Below, in pieces: positions 63,511-64,000 of a stretch of 64,000 nucleotides of DNA; positions within the stretch are counted from its first letter, which is position 1, and each line of letters starts with the position of its first letter. The notes below the pieces were generated by a model, which searched no databases, was not told where the DNA came from, and was given only the letters and a program-made list of their open reading frames with translations. The translations under genes were made by a program, and so were the position numbers. Source of the DNA: an uncultured virus (IMG/VR IMGVR_UViG_3300044837_000188) (Duplodnaviria > Heunggongvirae > Uroviricota > Caudoviricetes); the IMG/VR virus record IMGVR_UViG_3300044837_000188; one strand, written 5' to 3'.

Positions 63511-64000
63511 ATGCGACCGAACATCTCCGCCGCAGCGATCAGCCGGATCATCTCCGCGAACAGCAACGTGGCGAAGGCGTCCACCCGCAACATCTGGAGC
63601 CGTGGCTTCGTCGTCACCGGCTTCGGCCCCGAGGTCCACGTCACCTTCCAGGACACCGACCTCGGCTGTGCCGAGCGCAATCTCGACGCCATTGCCGAGC
63701 TGCTCAACGGCCGCAGCGACCGCAAGTACTACGCGGTGAAGATGCAGGACGAGAACGACAGCCTCTTCATCAAGGTCGAGGCCTTCATCGGCCAGTCGCC
63801 CGAGGACGAGACGGCCGACGTGGAGGACATGGCGGCCGAGTCCGAGCACGCCGTCACCGTCGCGGAGGTCAACAAGGTCCTGGAGGGCCCCTGCTACCCC
63901 TACAGCGAGGGAGCGGCCGGATACGTCATCGAGCGCCTGGAGACCCCTCGCGCCGGGCTCGTACGGGTCTCGTACAAGGACCACCCCTTCACCGGTTACG
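63511..64000 (+). CDS. Hypothetical protein (partial, runs off window)
   Basis: AGGAGG RBS plus ATG, MRPNISAAAISRIISAN..., open to the end. Confidence 0.65.
   Translation, partial: MRPNISAAAISRIISANSNVAKASTRNIWSRGFVVTGFGPEVHVTFQDTDLGCAERNLDAIAELLNGRSDRKYYAVKMQDENDSLFIKVEAFIGQSPEDETADVEDMAAESEHAVTVAEVNKVLEGPCYPYSEGAAGYVIERLETPRAGLVRVSYKDHPFTGY

Overview
High-GC, almost entirely plus-strand, gene-dense segment of a large tailed bacteriophage or prophage. An actinobacterial, probably Streptomyces, host is inferred from codon usage and TTGACG-N17/18-TANNNT promoters. Order: tail-fibre/adhesin genes with YadA-like repeats (1-6373); SNF2 helicase; a ~650-nt ORF-free, promoter-driven, highly base-paired region that looks like a large ncRNA (8622-9278); a two-gene minus-strand island (antirepressor and putative winged-helix replication protein); a replication/recombination module (DinG, metallophosphoesterase, EndoVII-type homing endonuclease, 5'-3' exonuclease, DnaC, DnaB, primase, SSB, DnaE, RecA, PD-(D/E)xK nucleases, RuvC); terminase large subunit; a 1250-aa multi-enzyme protein (ParB/Srx, two ART-like domains, NUDIX, nucleotidyltransferase, 2H phosphoesterase); and ~21 kb of small, mostly unknown accessory genes. 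Several recurring DNA motifs run through the window: a promoter family with a 14-bp palindrome between -35 and -10, a TGAC-N3-GTCA repeat at +1, a GACTCCnCAGGAGG RBS hairpin, a directional (AT)CCCGCCAGAGA leader motif, and eight TTTTAAAA-cored palindromes, three of them inside genes. All product calls come from motif recognition by eye; no searches were run.
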